Shown piece after piece: positions 37,587 through 46,186 of a stretch of DNA of 64,000 nucleotides. The notes under the pieces are model-generated. The model was not told where the DNA came from. It did not search any database and saw only the letters and a program-made list of their open reading frames with translations. Positions within the stretch are counted from its first letter, which is position 1. Each line of letters opens with the position of its first letter. The stretch is from a virus. Lineage: Duplodnaviria; Caudoviricetes. The stretch is from IMG/VR virus record IMGVR_UViG_3300036770_005357. The stretch is one strand, 5' to 3'. Position numbers and translations under genes: made by a program.

Positions 37587-37620
37587 AATATAAAAAGGTA
37601 TGGTTACAAAGTCGTGACAA
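37587..37620 (-). promoter_or_regulatory. Pho-box-type promoter
   Basis: TTGTCAC-GACT-TTGTAAC (11-bp period) followed exactly 10 bp later by -10 TATATT. Confidence 0.7.
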
Positions 37621-37725
37621 ATGTTTTTTGTAAAGGAATTGTAAAAGTTAAAATTTATCTATTATAAAAAATTATGTATATTATGTAATCAATTAAGGTT
37701 ACGATTTAAAACGAAAGGATTATAT

Positions 37726-38073
37726 ATGTTAAAGTATCTATTGATATTGTTGACCGCAACAAGTTTGTACGCTCAAGAAGGACCAAAAGGACCACCTCCC
37801 GGTAATCGTCCACCACGTCCAGCTTTGACTGAAGAACAAAAAAAGCAACGAGATGCAATTGTTGCCAAGTACGACACCAACAAAGATGGTAAGTTGGATA
37901 GAGAAGAAAGATCCGGTGTAAGCGAAGAAGATCGCAAGACATTGAGAAGTTTTGGTCCTCCGCCAGGCGGTCCTCGTAGAGGTCCCGGCGGTCCTTACGG
38001 ACCACGTAAAGATGTTCCTCCAGCTAAGAAAGAAGTATCAGCTTGTTGCAGTGTAAAATGTGAATGTTGTTAA
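37726..38073 (+). CDS. Secreted EF-hand protein, Pro/Gly-rich with Cys-rich tail
   Basis: Signal-peptide-like N-terminus; canonical EF loop DTNKDGKLDREE; AGGA Shine-Dalgarno. Confidence 0.8.
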   Translation: MLKYLLILLTATSLYAQEGPKGPPPGNRPPRPALTEEQKKQRDAIVAKYDTNKDGKLDREERSGVSEEDRKTLRSFGPPPGGPRRGPGGPYGPRKDVPPAKKEVSACCSVKCECC

Positions 38074-38091
38074 TTATAATATAAAACAGTG

Positions 38092-38116
38092 AACCCCGCT
38101 TTTGGCGGGGTTTTTT
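38092..38116 (+). terminator. Rho-independent terminator
   Basis: aaccccgc-ttttg-gcggggtt followed by a T-run. Confidence 0.85.
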
Positions 38117-38117
38117 G

Positions 38118-38264
38118 TTAACTTGCTAATGAACCACTTGTACTACTAATACTTACATCGTAAGCTGGTTGACCTAATTGGTTATTTACATAATTAAGAT
38201 CCCAACTAGGTACATTTACCAACTTCTTTTTGCCTTTTTTGTCTTTAGTTATAATTCTTCTCAT
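38118..38264 (-). CDS. Small hypothetical protein (48 aa)
   Basis: MRRIITKDKKGKKK...; TATTTATA motif just upstream. Confidence 0.45.
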   Translation of the reverse strand: MRRIITKDKKGKKKLVNVPSWDLNYVNNQLGQPAYDVSISSTSGSLAS

Positions 38265-38324
38265 ATCATATAAATAGAAAACCCCACCAAATAAGTGATG
38301 GGGTCACATAACAATTTATTTCAT

Positions 38325-38540
38325 TTACTTTTTACAAATAAACGATGTATATACATTTTCTGCGCGTTGCAACGCATCATGTAATGGAATATCACCGATA
38401 TATTCAAGTGATTTACCGCTCTTCTCAGCATTACGTTCAGCAATTTCTTTTTTGGTAAACCACTCGTTTTGAGTGATGTTGATCATTTCTTTTAGAATTT
38501 CCCAACGCAATTCGTAGGGAGTCTTATTATTATCTGCCAT
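38325..38540 (-). CDS. Hypothetical protein
   Basis: Likely start MADNNKTPYELR; followed by a terminator-like hairpin at 38278-38304. Confidence 0.7.
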   Translation of the reverse strand: MADNNKTPYELRWEILKEMINITQNEWFTKKEIAERNAEKSGKSLEYIGDIPLHDALQRAENVYTSFICKK

Positions 38541-38603
38541 ATTTTTCCTTTGTGTTTGTGTGTTATGATAGCCACTATTGACTATCACTTATATATAACA
38601 AAG

Positions 38604-38637
38604 AAAAAACCCACCGAATTATTATATTCAGTGGGTT
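38604..38637 (-). terminator. Rho-independent terminator
   Basis: acccac...gtgggt stem plus T-run on the minus strand. Confidence 0.7.
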
Positions 38638-38653
38638 ATATATCTAATTTTTA

Positions 38654-39334
38654 TTAAGCTTGTTTAGATTCAAAAAATCCTCTTTTAGCGAGAGTTTCTG
38701 CATCTTCCAACATATCTTTCAACATTTCCTTAGCAATTTCGTCTTTTTCGATACTACCGAAAAGTTTCTCGAATTCTTGTCTTTCGTCTGATTTTTTAAT
38801 ATTATCTATATCCGTGCGAATTTCCAAACTTAAAAAATCAATTTTTTCTTCAAAACTCATTTTTTTGTATTTTCGCCAATCAAGCATTCCCATGTTTTTG
38901 ATTGCATATATAACATTATTTTTATATTTATCTACTAATTTTCTCAATCTGACTTTTTTGTTGATTAGTTGTTTTTCTTTTTCCTTTTCCAAGTAATTTC
39001 TCAAGTACGCATTAAAATGATACAAAATGGATGTACCAGGAAATTCACTATATTCATCAAAATCAAATCCACCATAACCACCGTTATGTTGTGAAGTGTT
39101 TAAATAAGTAAGAAAATCGTTTAACTTTTCATTACTCCAACCGGCTTTAGCTGCATATTGTTTTATTGTAAATTTTGGTCGTTTCTCAACTCTTTGTCGT
39201 GTACCGGTTAAACCATCTGGATCCCAATCAGGTCGTTCAGTCTCTGGTTCTTCATAATATTCATTAATATTTAAATGTTCTTTAAGCAGTTTAAGATGCT
39301 TCTTAAATGTGTCGTTTAAAGTGTTTTCGTTCAT
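38654..39334 (-). CDS. Hypothetical protein
   Basis: 226-aa charged ORF. Confidence 0.7.
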   Translation of the reverse strand: MNENTLNDTFKKHLKLLKEHLNINEYYEEPETERPDWDPDGLTGTRQRVEKRPKFTIKQYAAKAGWSNEKLNDFLTYLNTSQHNGGYGGFDFDEYSEFPGTSILYHFNAYLRNYLEKEKEKQLINKKVRLRKLVDKYKNNVIYAIKNMGMLDWRKYKKMSFEEKIDFLSLEIRTDIDNIKKSDERQEFEKLFGSIEKDEIAKEMLKDMLEDAETLAKRGFFESKQA

Positions 39335-39374
39335 GTCAGATGATTCCTTGTAGATATAAATATAAATATAAGAT

Positions 39375-39404
39375 AAAAACCCACTAAGTATTATTTTAGT
39401 GGGT
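39375..39404 (-). terminator. Rho-independent terminator
   Basis: acccactaa/ttagtgggt stem plus T-run. Confidence 0.75.
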
Positions 39405-39430
39405 AGGAATATTAATACTGTTATAACACT

Positions 39431-40219
39431 TTAATTGGGATTTGTAGTTGGATCTTCTGTCCAAATTACTCTCTCTTGAGGAAATATAGCTTTGCCAGGT
39501 TTACCTACACCTTCTCTAGTTTCTACTACTTGATTACCTTTAAAATTCTCAGCGTGTCCATCTGCAAATATTAAATTACCGGTATTGTTATGACGAGCAG
39601 AAAATCTGCTAGCAAAAGCATTTGGTTGACCATTATATTTACTTTGTTTAGCATGAAACATTGCTTCTCCCGGTAATCCACATTCAGTAAATACCACAGT
39701 GGATACCGGTATTTGAATTGCACCAATTCTAGTCAAATTAGTGTCACGATTCAATTTACTGTTCATAGCAAGTGAAAATAATGGATTAGCTTTTCTTACT
39801 TCTACAGCAGGCAACTTTGCTGCGGGACATGTAAACATAGAACCCTTTTCATAAAATGCTAATGGTGTATTAGCAAAATTAGATACGGGTATAGTTCCTA
39901 TAGCTCTAGGAATTGAATTACACCACAATTCTCTATTTTCATCTTGTATAGCTAAACTATAATCTAATATGTCTTGTCCAGATGGTAAATTAAATGGTTT
40001 GTCTAACGGCAAATAATCTTGATTTTCATCAACATAATACATCAAACCAAGACCCCATTGTTTTTCTTGATTTAAACAAGATATTCGTAAAGCGTTGCCT
40101 TTAGCCTTACTAAGTGCCGGTAACAACATACCAGCTAATATAGCAATTATTGCGATTACAACCAACAATTCTATTAAGGTAAACCCTTTCTTCAATCTAT
40201 TTGTAATATTCAACTTCAT
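39431..40219 (-). CDS. Prepilin-type N-terminal cleavage/methylation protein with H-X9-DG domain (DUF1559-like)
   Basis: KKG|[22 protein letters not shown] class III signal; [12 protein letters not shown] motif; AGGA SD. Confidence 0.9.
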   Translation of the reverse strand: MKLNITNRLKKGFTLIELLVVIAIIAILAGMLLPALSKAKGNALRISCLNQEKQWGLGLMYYVDENQDYLPLDKPFNLPSGQDILDYSLAIQDENRELWCNSIPRAIGTIPVSNFANTPLAFYEKGSMFTCPAAKLPAVEVRKANPLFSLAMNSKLNRDTNLTRIGAIQIPVSTVVFTECGLPGEAMFHAKQSKYNGQPNAFASRFSARHNNTGNLIFADGHAENFKGNQVVETREGVGKPGKAIFPQERVIWTEDPTTNPN

Positions 40220-40316
40220 AGTTATGTCCTTTTGTTAAGAGACAATAACTATTTTTATAATAAATCCGTTTCTCTTCTGTAACTGTGATGTAACAATCGT
40301 TGACAGTTTGTTACAA

Positions 40317-41099
40317 TTATTTATAAAACGGTTCATTTATATCAATTTTACCATCATTTAAATCATTTATTAATTGTGGTATATTTTCTTTTTCAATAAT
40401 TGGCATTTCTTCTTTAAGTAATTCTGTTGCAGATACTTTTACAATTTTATTGTGTTTTGAATTGTTTATCAATATTTGTTTACCGGTTAAACTATTACTA
40501 TTTGCACCCGGTACTTTAGACATCAATAATTTCACTTTTTCAGCACTATAACTCGTTTTACCATAATTTATACCGTTATCATAAGCATTGTTAATTTTTG
40601 ATTCTAAATTAATAAATGATTGTTCTATTGATTCACCTGTAGATGGTTTGCCTTTAGTAATATTCAACTTACCAACAGTATAAGTGTTTAATACTGTTAT
40701 AAGTTTATTTTTTGTTAAATTAATCTTTATATATTTTACTTTCATATTCGGATTAATTGTTATAGCGGCTGCCCACTTATGATGACCATCCATAATTGCA
40801 GGTGGATCATCATTTGAAACTACAGCATCCATATCCTCCAAATTCAACCATGTTTCATTAGCAAGATGTGCCAAAATAAAAGAAAGCACTTTGTCCGAAA
40901 CAAGTGTTTTTTGTGTAGGCGTTAAAAGAATAACATCACCCACGACAATTTCGCTGGTAACAATATCATCTTTTATATCACCATCTTTATGACCCGATTC
41001 AATTTTTACTTTAGCAACATTTGTATCTATATTTGAAAGTGCAATTGGATCTTTGGAAAAAGCAACCGTTATAAATAAAAAAAATAGTAGTATTCTCAT
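40317..41099 (-). CDS. Signal-peptide-bearing ParB/Srx-like domain protein
   Basis: Hydrophobic N-terminus MRILLFFLFITVAFS; IMDGHHKWAA ParB-like motif. Confidence 0.6.
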   Translation of the reverse strand: MRILLFFLFITVAFSKDPIALSNIDTNVAKVKIESGHKDGDIKDDIVTSEIVVGDVILLTPTQKTLVSDKVLSFILAHLANETWLNLEDMDAVVSNDDPPAIMDGHHKWAAAITINPNMKVKYIKINLTKNKLITVLNTYTVGKLNITKGKPSTGESIEQSFINLESKINNAYDNGINYGKTSYSAEKVKLLMSKVPGANSNSLTGKQILINNSKHNKIVKVSATELLKEEMPIIEKENIPQLINDLNDGKIDINEPFYK

Positions 41100-41134
41100 G
41101 TAAGAATAACTACTATTCCGATTTTTAAAACTAG

Positions 41135-41152
41135 GTTACAGATCTGTAACAA
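41135..41152 (-). promoter_or_regulatory. Pho-box-like direct repeat (also a 16-bp palindrome)
   Basis: TTGTTAC-AGAT-CTGTAAC, 35 nt upstream of the 41099 ATG. Confidence 0.45.
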
Positions 41153-41154
41153 AG

Positions 41155-41433
41155 TTACTCAGCACTCAGACCAATACCTCGTATATCAAGATACTCTGGC
41201 TCCTTACCATATAGTTCATCAATGGTCTGCTTAATAGCCATCTTGTAGGTGTACTGAGTATAAAGATCACTGTATTGAAGTTTCTTCTCAGCAATCTTCT
41301 GCTTCAGATTATTAATAACTGTCTCCGTACTCTTCATAATCCCACTTAGTTCGTTTAGTGTTGTCTTGGTTGTCCCACTTCTTCTTAGACTTTTTATTAG
41401 CCTTATTTCCGTCAAAACGATCCCACTTGTCAC
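41155..41433 (-). CDS. Hypothetical protein
   Basis: Coiled-coil-like ORF; start uncertain. Confidence 0.5.
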   Translation of the reverse strand: MTSGIVLTEIRLIKSLRRSGTTKTTLNELSGIMKSTETVINNLKQKIAEKKLQYSDLYTQYTYKMAIKQTIDELYGKEPEYLDIRGIGLSAE

Positions 41434-41521
41434 GACGGCCCTTATCTTTCCAACTCTTGCCCATTTTAGTATTTAGTTTTAAATATAAATATTAAATAAA
41501 AAGTGGTTCAACCACATTTAT

Positions 41522-41764
41522 TTAAGCAGTAGCAGCCTTGGCCTGTGCAACAGTGTACACGATTGACGGCTTGCCACGCTTACCACTCTTAAGAGTGCCA
41601 GTAGCGACATATCGGCCAGCGGCGACATTACGCTTGACATGCATCCTAACAGTAGGAGCCTTGACATTAGTGTTGAGGTTGAGAAGATCCACAACCGTAA
41701 AATTACGGTCAGTGATCTCGTTGAGCTGAGTAGCCTTACGGCTAACCTTAGTATTAGTATTCAT
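41522..41764 (-). CDS. Small basic DNA-binding (winged-helix-like) early protein
   Basis: 80 aa, basic, RGKPSIVY wing motif; sigma70 promoter at 41817-41844. Confidence 0.6.
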   Translation of the reverse strand: MNTNTKVSRKATQLNEITDRNFTVVDLLNLNTNVKAPTVRMHVKRNVAAGRYVATGTLKSGKRGKPSIVYTVAQAKAATA

Positions 41765-41816
41765 AACTTATTTTATTTTTTATTGTTTGTTGTTAGTTGT
41801 TTACCTTACAAGATCC

Positions 41817-41844
41817 ATACTACCATGATTTTTTTATTTGTCAA
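41817..41844 (-). promoter_or_regulatory. Sigma70-type promoter
   Basis: TTGACA-N16-TAGTAT with TG extension. Confidence 0.7.
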
Positions 41845-42053
41845 CGACTATTTTGAGCAGCATCCATAATCAAAGCAGTGGTAAGATTGCCAACTCCATA
41901 GCGTTTGCCATTTTTATCGTATGTAGTGTTAGCATTTTTATTGTAGTAACCTACATTTTGTCCGTTCTTGCCATGAGCGTAAACAGTAGATCCCATATCA
42001 TTATAGTAACCCACCCTACGGCCCTGTCCATCAAATACATATTCCATTCCCAT
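41841..42053 (-). CDS. Hypothetical protein
   Basis: 70-aa beta-hairpin-repeat-like ORF. Confidence 0.65.
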   Translation of the reverse strand: MGMEYVFDGQGRRVGYYNDMGSTVYAHGKNGQNVGYYNKNANTTYDKNGKRYGVGNLTTALIMDAAQNSR

Positions 42054-42067
42054 ATTATTATATATTG

Positions 42068-42607
42068 TTAAAGTTTATCGTAATAGTTGCGGTAATTAGA
42101 CATAATAATTCCGCTAGTAGTACCTACATTAAGAGATCTTACACTACCATATGCCTGAATTGTAATAATCAAATCACTATTGTCAAGCATAAAACCACTT
42201 AATCCATCTTTTTCCTCGCCAAAAATAAACATTGGCTTGTCAATACCATAAAATAGATCTTCCTCATACAAATCATAAGTCTTATGTTCATATTCAGGTA
42301 TATTGTTTTCTACCGCAATCAAATTGTAATTTTCATTCTTGACATAATCTACAAATGATTCTTCATCAGTAAAATGACTTATATCCGTATAGTGATATGT
42401 ACCTACACTTCCTCGTCTATCCCACTTCTTCTTGCCAACATAACAAGCTTGCTTGTAACCAAAAAAGTTGGCATTACGAATCAAAGTGCTGAGATTAAAA
42501 TCTCCAGACACATGCATCATTGCAACACCAGCATCAATCGCTGAATCTTTACAATAATTCTTAATTTCAAGAACCGTATGGGTCTTGAGATGATCCAAAA
42601 CATTCAT
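42068..42607 (-). CDS. SpoU/TrmH-family (SPOUT) RNA 2'-O-methyltransferase
   Basis: NLSTLIRNA (motif 1), FIFGEEKDGL (motif 2), VRSLNVGTT (motif 3). Confidence 0.9.
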   Translation of the reverse strand: MNVLDHLKTHTVLEIKNYCKDSAIDAGVAMMHVSGDFNLSTLIRNANFFGYKQACYVGKKKWDRRGSVGTYHYTDISHFTDEESFVDYVKNENYNLIAVENNIPEYEHKTYDLYEEDLFYGIDKPMFIFGEEKDGLSGFMLDNSDLIITIQAYGSVRSLNVGTTSGIIMSNYRNYYDKL

Positions 42608-42615
42608 ATAACAAT

Positions 42616-42867
42616 TTACTTCTTCTTGTTCTTAACCTTCTTTGTAACGGTGGGTTCCTCTACAACATATGTAGGAGAATCATCAGTCATTACACCTATA
42701 TTAGCATCAAACTCTTTTTCTGCTGTATAAATAACATTTGCAACAAATTCTGTCAATATACCACTCCACTTATTGGCTACACTATCTTCCTTGACAGCGA
42801 TTTGTTTCCACTTAGGAAGTTCATTGAACAATCGGTTATATGTGTCTTTATATTGTTTTGATGTCAT
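42616..42867 (-). CDS. Hypothetical protein
   Basis: 83-aa ORF. Confidence 0.65.
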   Translation of the reverse strand: MTSKQYKDTYNRLFNELPKWKQIAVKEDSVANKWSGILTEFVANVIYTAEKEFDANIGVMTDDSPTYVVEEPTVTKKVKNKKK

Positions 42868-42878
42868 GTTTATAAATA

Positions 42879-43130
42879 TTAAAATGAAGTAGTCAAACGA
42901 CTCGCATACCCCATATTACTGTTCTTACCCATACGATACGAAACTTTTTGATAATTGTCAAATGCTTTTCTGGAAGTAACAACAATAGCACCAGCAGTTT
43001 TGTGACCATAAGATATGTAACCAAACTTCTTATGTTTCTGTGCTACCTTGTCACCGCAAGTCAAACAAATCTTGTAGCCAAGTTCGTATCGTTCAGGATG
43101 AATATCATTTCCACAACCACATTTAATCAT
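42879..43130 (-). CDS. Small zinc-finger hypothetical protein
   Basis: CGCG...CLTC; promoter TTGACT-N17-TATACT at 43137-43165. Confidence 0.7.
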   Translation of the reverse strand: MIKCGCGNDIHPERYELGYKICLTCGDKVAQKHKKFGYISYGHKTAGAIVVTSRKAFDNYQKVSYRMGKNSNMGYASRLTTSF

Positions 43131-43166
43131 ATAAAAAGTATACGATAGAGGGTTGATTTAGTCAAT

Positions 43167-43193
43167 AAAAAAAGCGTACCACTAGGTACGCTT
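43167..43193 (-). terminator. Rho-independent terminator
   Basis: aagcgtacc/ggtacgctt stem plus T-run. Confidence 0.8.
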
Positions 43194-43199
43194 GATTTT

Positions 43200-43538
43200 T
43201 TAGTTAGAAGGTTCGTGATGATAGTGATCGGTATTTAACCGTTTCTCAATATAATCTTGAAGTTCCTTGACCTTGATTCGCAGTCTAGTAAGTTCATCCA
43301 TTTCATCCGTTTGTGCATCTACAATTTGTCCAATTCGTTCAATCGTCTTAATTGCACCTGCGTTGTCCTGTTCGTTAACAATATCAAGTGCCCAATCAAT
43401 TGCAACATTTTCGTCAGTAATTGACGGGTAGAGTTTAGTTAGTTCATCGGCAATCAACTCAAGATGCTGATTTTGAACATTACTTACCGCACGATAAACT
43501 TCGGCGTACATTAGAATTTTTTGTTTGCTTTTATTCAT
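43200..43538 (-). CDS. Hypothetical protein
   Basis: 112-aa ORF. Confidence 0.7.
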   Translation of the reverse strand: MNKSKQKILMYAEVYRAVSNVQNQHLELIADELTKLYPSITDENVAIDWALDIVNEQDNAGAIKTIERIGQIVDAQTDEMDELTRLRIKVKELQDYIEKRLNTDHYHHEPSN

Positions 43539-43542
43539 ATTT

Positions 43543-44517
43543 TTATCTTCCCGGTGGTAAACTATTTTCCTTCACTTCAAATATACCATTACCAACGAAA
43601 TCTGTCAAGGATTTATATCCACTATAACTTACAGCTGATGATAGTCCACCCCACAAATCATCAACCAATTCTTGTAGAGACTTAACACTATTACGATCTA
43701 CTTCATACACTTTACCTTCACTATGTCGTCTCACACCACCATACAGTTGTTGTTGTTTGGTACTTGCTCCACCCCAATATGTACCATCGCCGGTTTCCCA
43801 TGTATAGGCTTCTTTAGCTCTAGCAAAGTAACCACCCATCATAACATAATCAGCACCAGCACCAAATGCTTTAGCAGCATAGTTACCGTTCTTTATACCA
43901 CCATCCGCAATTACTTTTAAGTTGTCAATATCAGCTTGATCACTACATTCTATAATTTCTGTAATTTGTCCTCTGTTATAACCAGTAGCATCACTTGTAG
44001 CACAAGCACTACCACCAGCAATACCAACTCTAATCAATACTTCGGGTATATATTTACTAAAATAACTGTATAAATTTATACCATCTGCGGTCATTACATT
44101 GCCGACCATTAAACGATTAACTTTATGTTTATTACATAGCTTATTAATTACATCACGAATTTGTGGTAAATAACCATTGGCACAATCAATCAACCAATTA
44201 TCAACACCTTCACTTGCCAACTCTTTAGCTCTGTCCCAATCATTAAGTCCAATGCTTACAAATAAGTTTTCTTTATTTGGTACAATGGAATAATTAATTA
44301 CAGCATTATCAATATCACAAAACTTATGTTGACATACAGTTAACCCTAGTTTTGTAGCTTCTTTAGCAAATGTTTGTCCTACAACTGCTGCCATAGGACT
44401 AACAATTATGCGATTCAGTTCAAGCGGCACATCCTTACGACTACCGATTTCAGCTGGTTGTGCTATAAGATTTACATCGTTATAGTAAATTGACTTGGTT
44501 TTCTTAAAAACTGCCAT
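43543..44517 (-). CDS. guaC: GMP reductase (IMPDH/GMPR family)
   Basis: IDCANGY, VGIAGGSAC catalytic loop, IADGGI, GADYVMMGG and SEGK motifs; no CBS domain. Confidence 0.8.
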   Translation of the reverse strand: MAVFKKTKSIYYNDVNLIAQPAEIGSRKDVPLELNRIIVSPMAAVVGQTFAKEATKLGLTVCQHKFCDIDNAVINYSIVPNKENLFVSIGLNDWDRAKELASEGVDNWLIDCANGYLPQIRDVINKLCNKHKVNRLMVGNVMTADGINLYSYFSKYIPEVLIRVGIAGGSACATSDATGYNRGQITEIIECSDQADIDNLKVIADGGIKNGNYAAKAFGAGADYVMMGGYFARAKEAYTWETGDGTYWGGASTKQQQLYGGVRRHSEGKVYEVDRNSVKSLQELVDDLWGGLSSAVSYSGYKSLTDFVGNGIFEVKENSLPPGR

Positions 44518-44520
44518 AAC

Positions 44521-44706
44521 TTATTCACCTTTCTTGAAACTATTCTTCATATCTTTAAGTAATTCGCCGATAGCTTTCAAACTTCGTACTCTATCTTTAT
44601 ATAGAATTTCAGTCTTTACTTCTTCTTGTTCAATAAGAAGAATTAAATCATTAATCTTCTTCATTGTAATAGTTGGTTTTAGCCGTTCAAATTCACTTGC
44701 ATTCAT
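44521..44706 (-). CDS. Hypothetical protein
   Basis: 61-aa ORF in operon. Confidence 0.55.
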   Translation of the reverse strand: MNASEFERLKPTITMKKINDLILLIEQEEVKTEILYKDRVRSLKAIGELLKDMKNSFKKGE

Positions 44707-44950
44707 TGTTTAAAAAGTCCTTTAATTGTTTTTGGTTTTCCTCATTTAAAATAATATAGTCTGACCAAGGCATGCCATGTCTAAGAATTTGCCAACACCA
44801 TCTCAATCTATCTCGCCATGACAATATCCTACCATCCAGTCCTCTTTCAAATAAACTCAAAGAAACTTTTTTCTCATCGTTATATTTTTCTACTAAAAGT
44901 CCGTGGCCATAACAATCACAAATCAAAAAGATTGAATCTTGGTCTTTCAT
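44693..44950 (-). CDS. Hypothetical protein
   Basis: 85-aa ORF in operon. Confidence 0.65.
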   Translation of the reverse strand: MKDQDSIFLICDCYGHGLLVEKYNDEKKVSLSLFERGLDGRILSWRDRLRWCWQILRHGMPWSDYIILNEENQKQLKDFLNNECK

Positions 44951-44956
44951 ATTTAC

Positions 44957-45499
44957 TTATCTATATTCTTCTTTTAGAAGTCTCCATCTATTACTATCTA
45001 TGGTAAGTTCTCCGTTGTCAATCATTTTTAATGTCAAAAGTATTTCATCCAAGTTATTATAAATGTAACGATGTGGAATCATACCTAGTATCCAAAGTGG
45101 ACAATTTTTCTTTCCACCTTCTACACTCAAGAAAATTGGCTTCTTTGCTCTGTTTGCAGTAACAAGCTCTTCTGCGCTACCCCAACTTGCTATATCGGGT
45201 ATAATATGTGCAACTATAAAATCGCTACGATCAACCAAATTAAGATCATAGATACGAATCTCTTTCATTGCCTTTTGAACTTCATCATATTCTTCATTTT
45301 GCAGATGATGTTTCAATTTGGATCTTATATGATTACCTTCGTCTACATCTTTAACAAATGGCTTATCGTATGGATCAAACACAGTTATACCCATCTTTTC
45401 TAGATAGGTACGAACATTTTGACGCCAACCAGAACCGTCTGCATATTGCATATGACCTACTAGATAAGTTTTGGTTTTATTTAGTACATTCTTTTGCAT
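44957..45499 (-). CDS. Nucleoside 2-deoxyribosyltransferase-like protein
   Basis: YLVGHM...WR; DLNLVDRSD; GSAEEL motifs. Confidence 0.75.
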   Translation of the reverse strand: MQKNVLNKTKTYLVGHMQYADGSGWRQNVRTYLEKMGITVFDPYDKPFVKDVDEGNHIRSKLKHHLQNEEYDEVQKAMKEIRIYDLNLVDRSDFIVAHIIPDIASWGSAEELVTANRAKKPIFLSVEGGKKNCPLWILGMIPHRYIYNNLDEILLTLKMIDNGELTIDSNRWRLLKEEYR

Positions 45500-45595
45500 A
45501 AGATATTTTATTTATATGAAAATAACCACATCTAGGACAAGTTGAATATTTTTTATATACATTTTTTCCACAAATTTTACACTTATAACAAATGT

Positions 45596-46183
45596 TTAAA
45601 ATGTTATTTTTCTTTCTATTGTCCATATTGAAGAACTAATTTTATCACAAATACTTTTAATAAAACGAGTTGTATATATTACTAATTGATTATAATATTT
45701 CAAAATATACTTATAATACCACTTATTTTCAAATTCATTTCTGACTTTGTGTTCCTGTTTAAAGCATTCATCTCGTTCTTTTCTTTGTTTATTAGGAATC
45801 GTTTGAAACTCAGAAAGTTTTACATCGGTTACGATACCATCAATTATAGTGACTGTATAAATTATATCATAATCATACTCCGTGTTATCGCTTGTAATAT
45901 AATCATACATTTCAATAGTATTGGTAATTTTGGCAGCTTCCCACCAAGATTTAATGGTTTTTATAGTACCAATTTGTTCAATAAAAGATTTTCCATTTGG
46001 ATTGCCCGGAATATATTCATTTTCTTCCTTTTGAATCCAAAGTGAACCATCTTCTTTAATTTCATAATGTGACAAAAACTGTCCCAAATCTTTGGTTTGA
46101 AAAGAAAGACTATTTTTATATCCTTTAGGATCTTCCGGTTGGGGAAGTGGATACTTACAGTTTATCGTGTCGTACATTCCCAT
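45596..46183 (-). CDS. Hypothetical protein
   Basis: 195 aa; MGMYDTI...FQTKDL motif. Confidence 0.7.
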   Translation of the reverse strand: MGMYDTINCKYPLPQPEDPKGYKNSLSFQTKDLGQFLSHYEIKEDGSLWIQKEENEYIPGNPNGKSFIEQIGTIKTIKSWWEAAKITNTIEMYDYITSDNTEYDYDIIYTVTIIDGIVTDVKLSEFQTIPNKQRKERDECFKQEHKVRNEFENKWYYKYILKYYNQLVIYTTRFIKSICDKISSSIWTIERKITF

Positions 46184-46186
46184 AAC

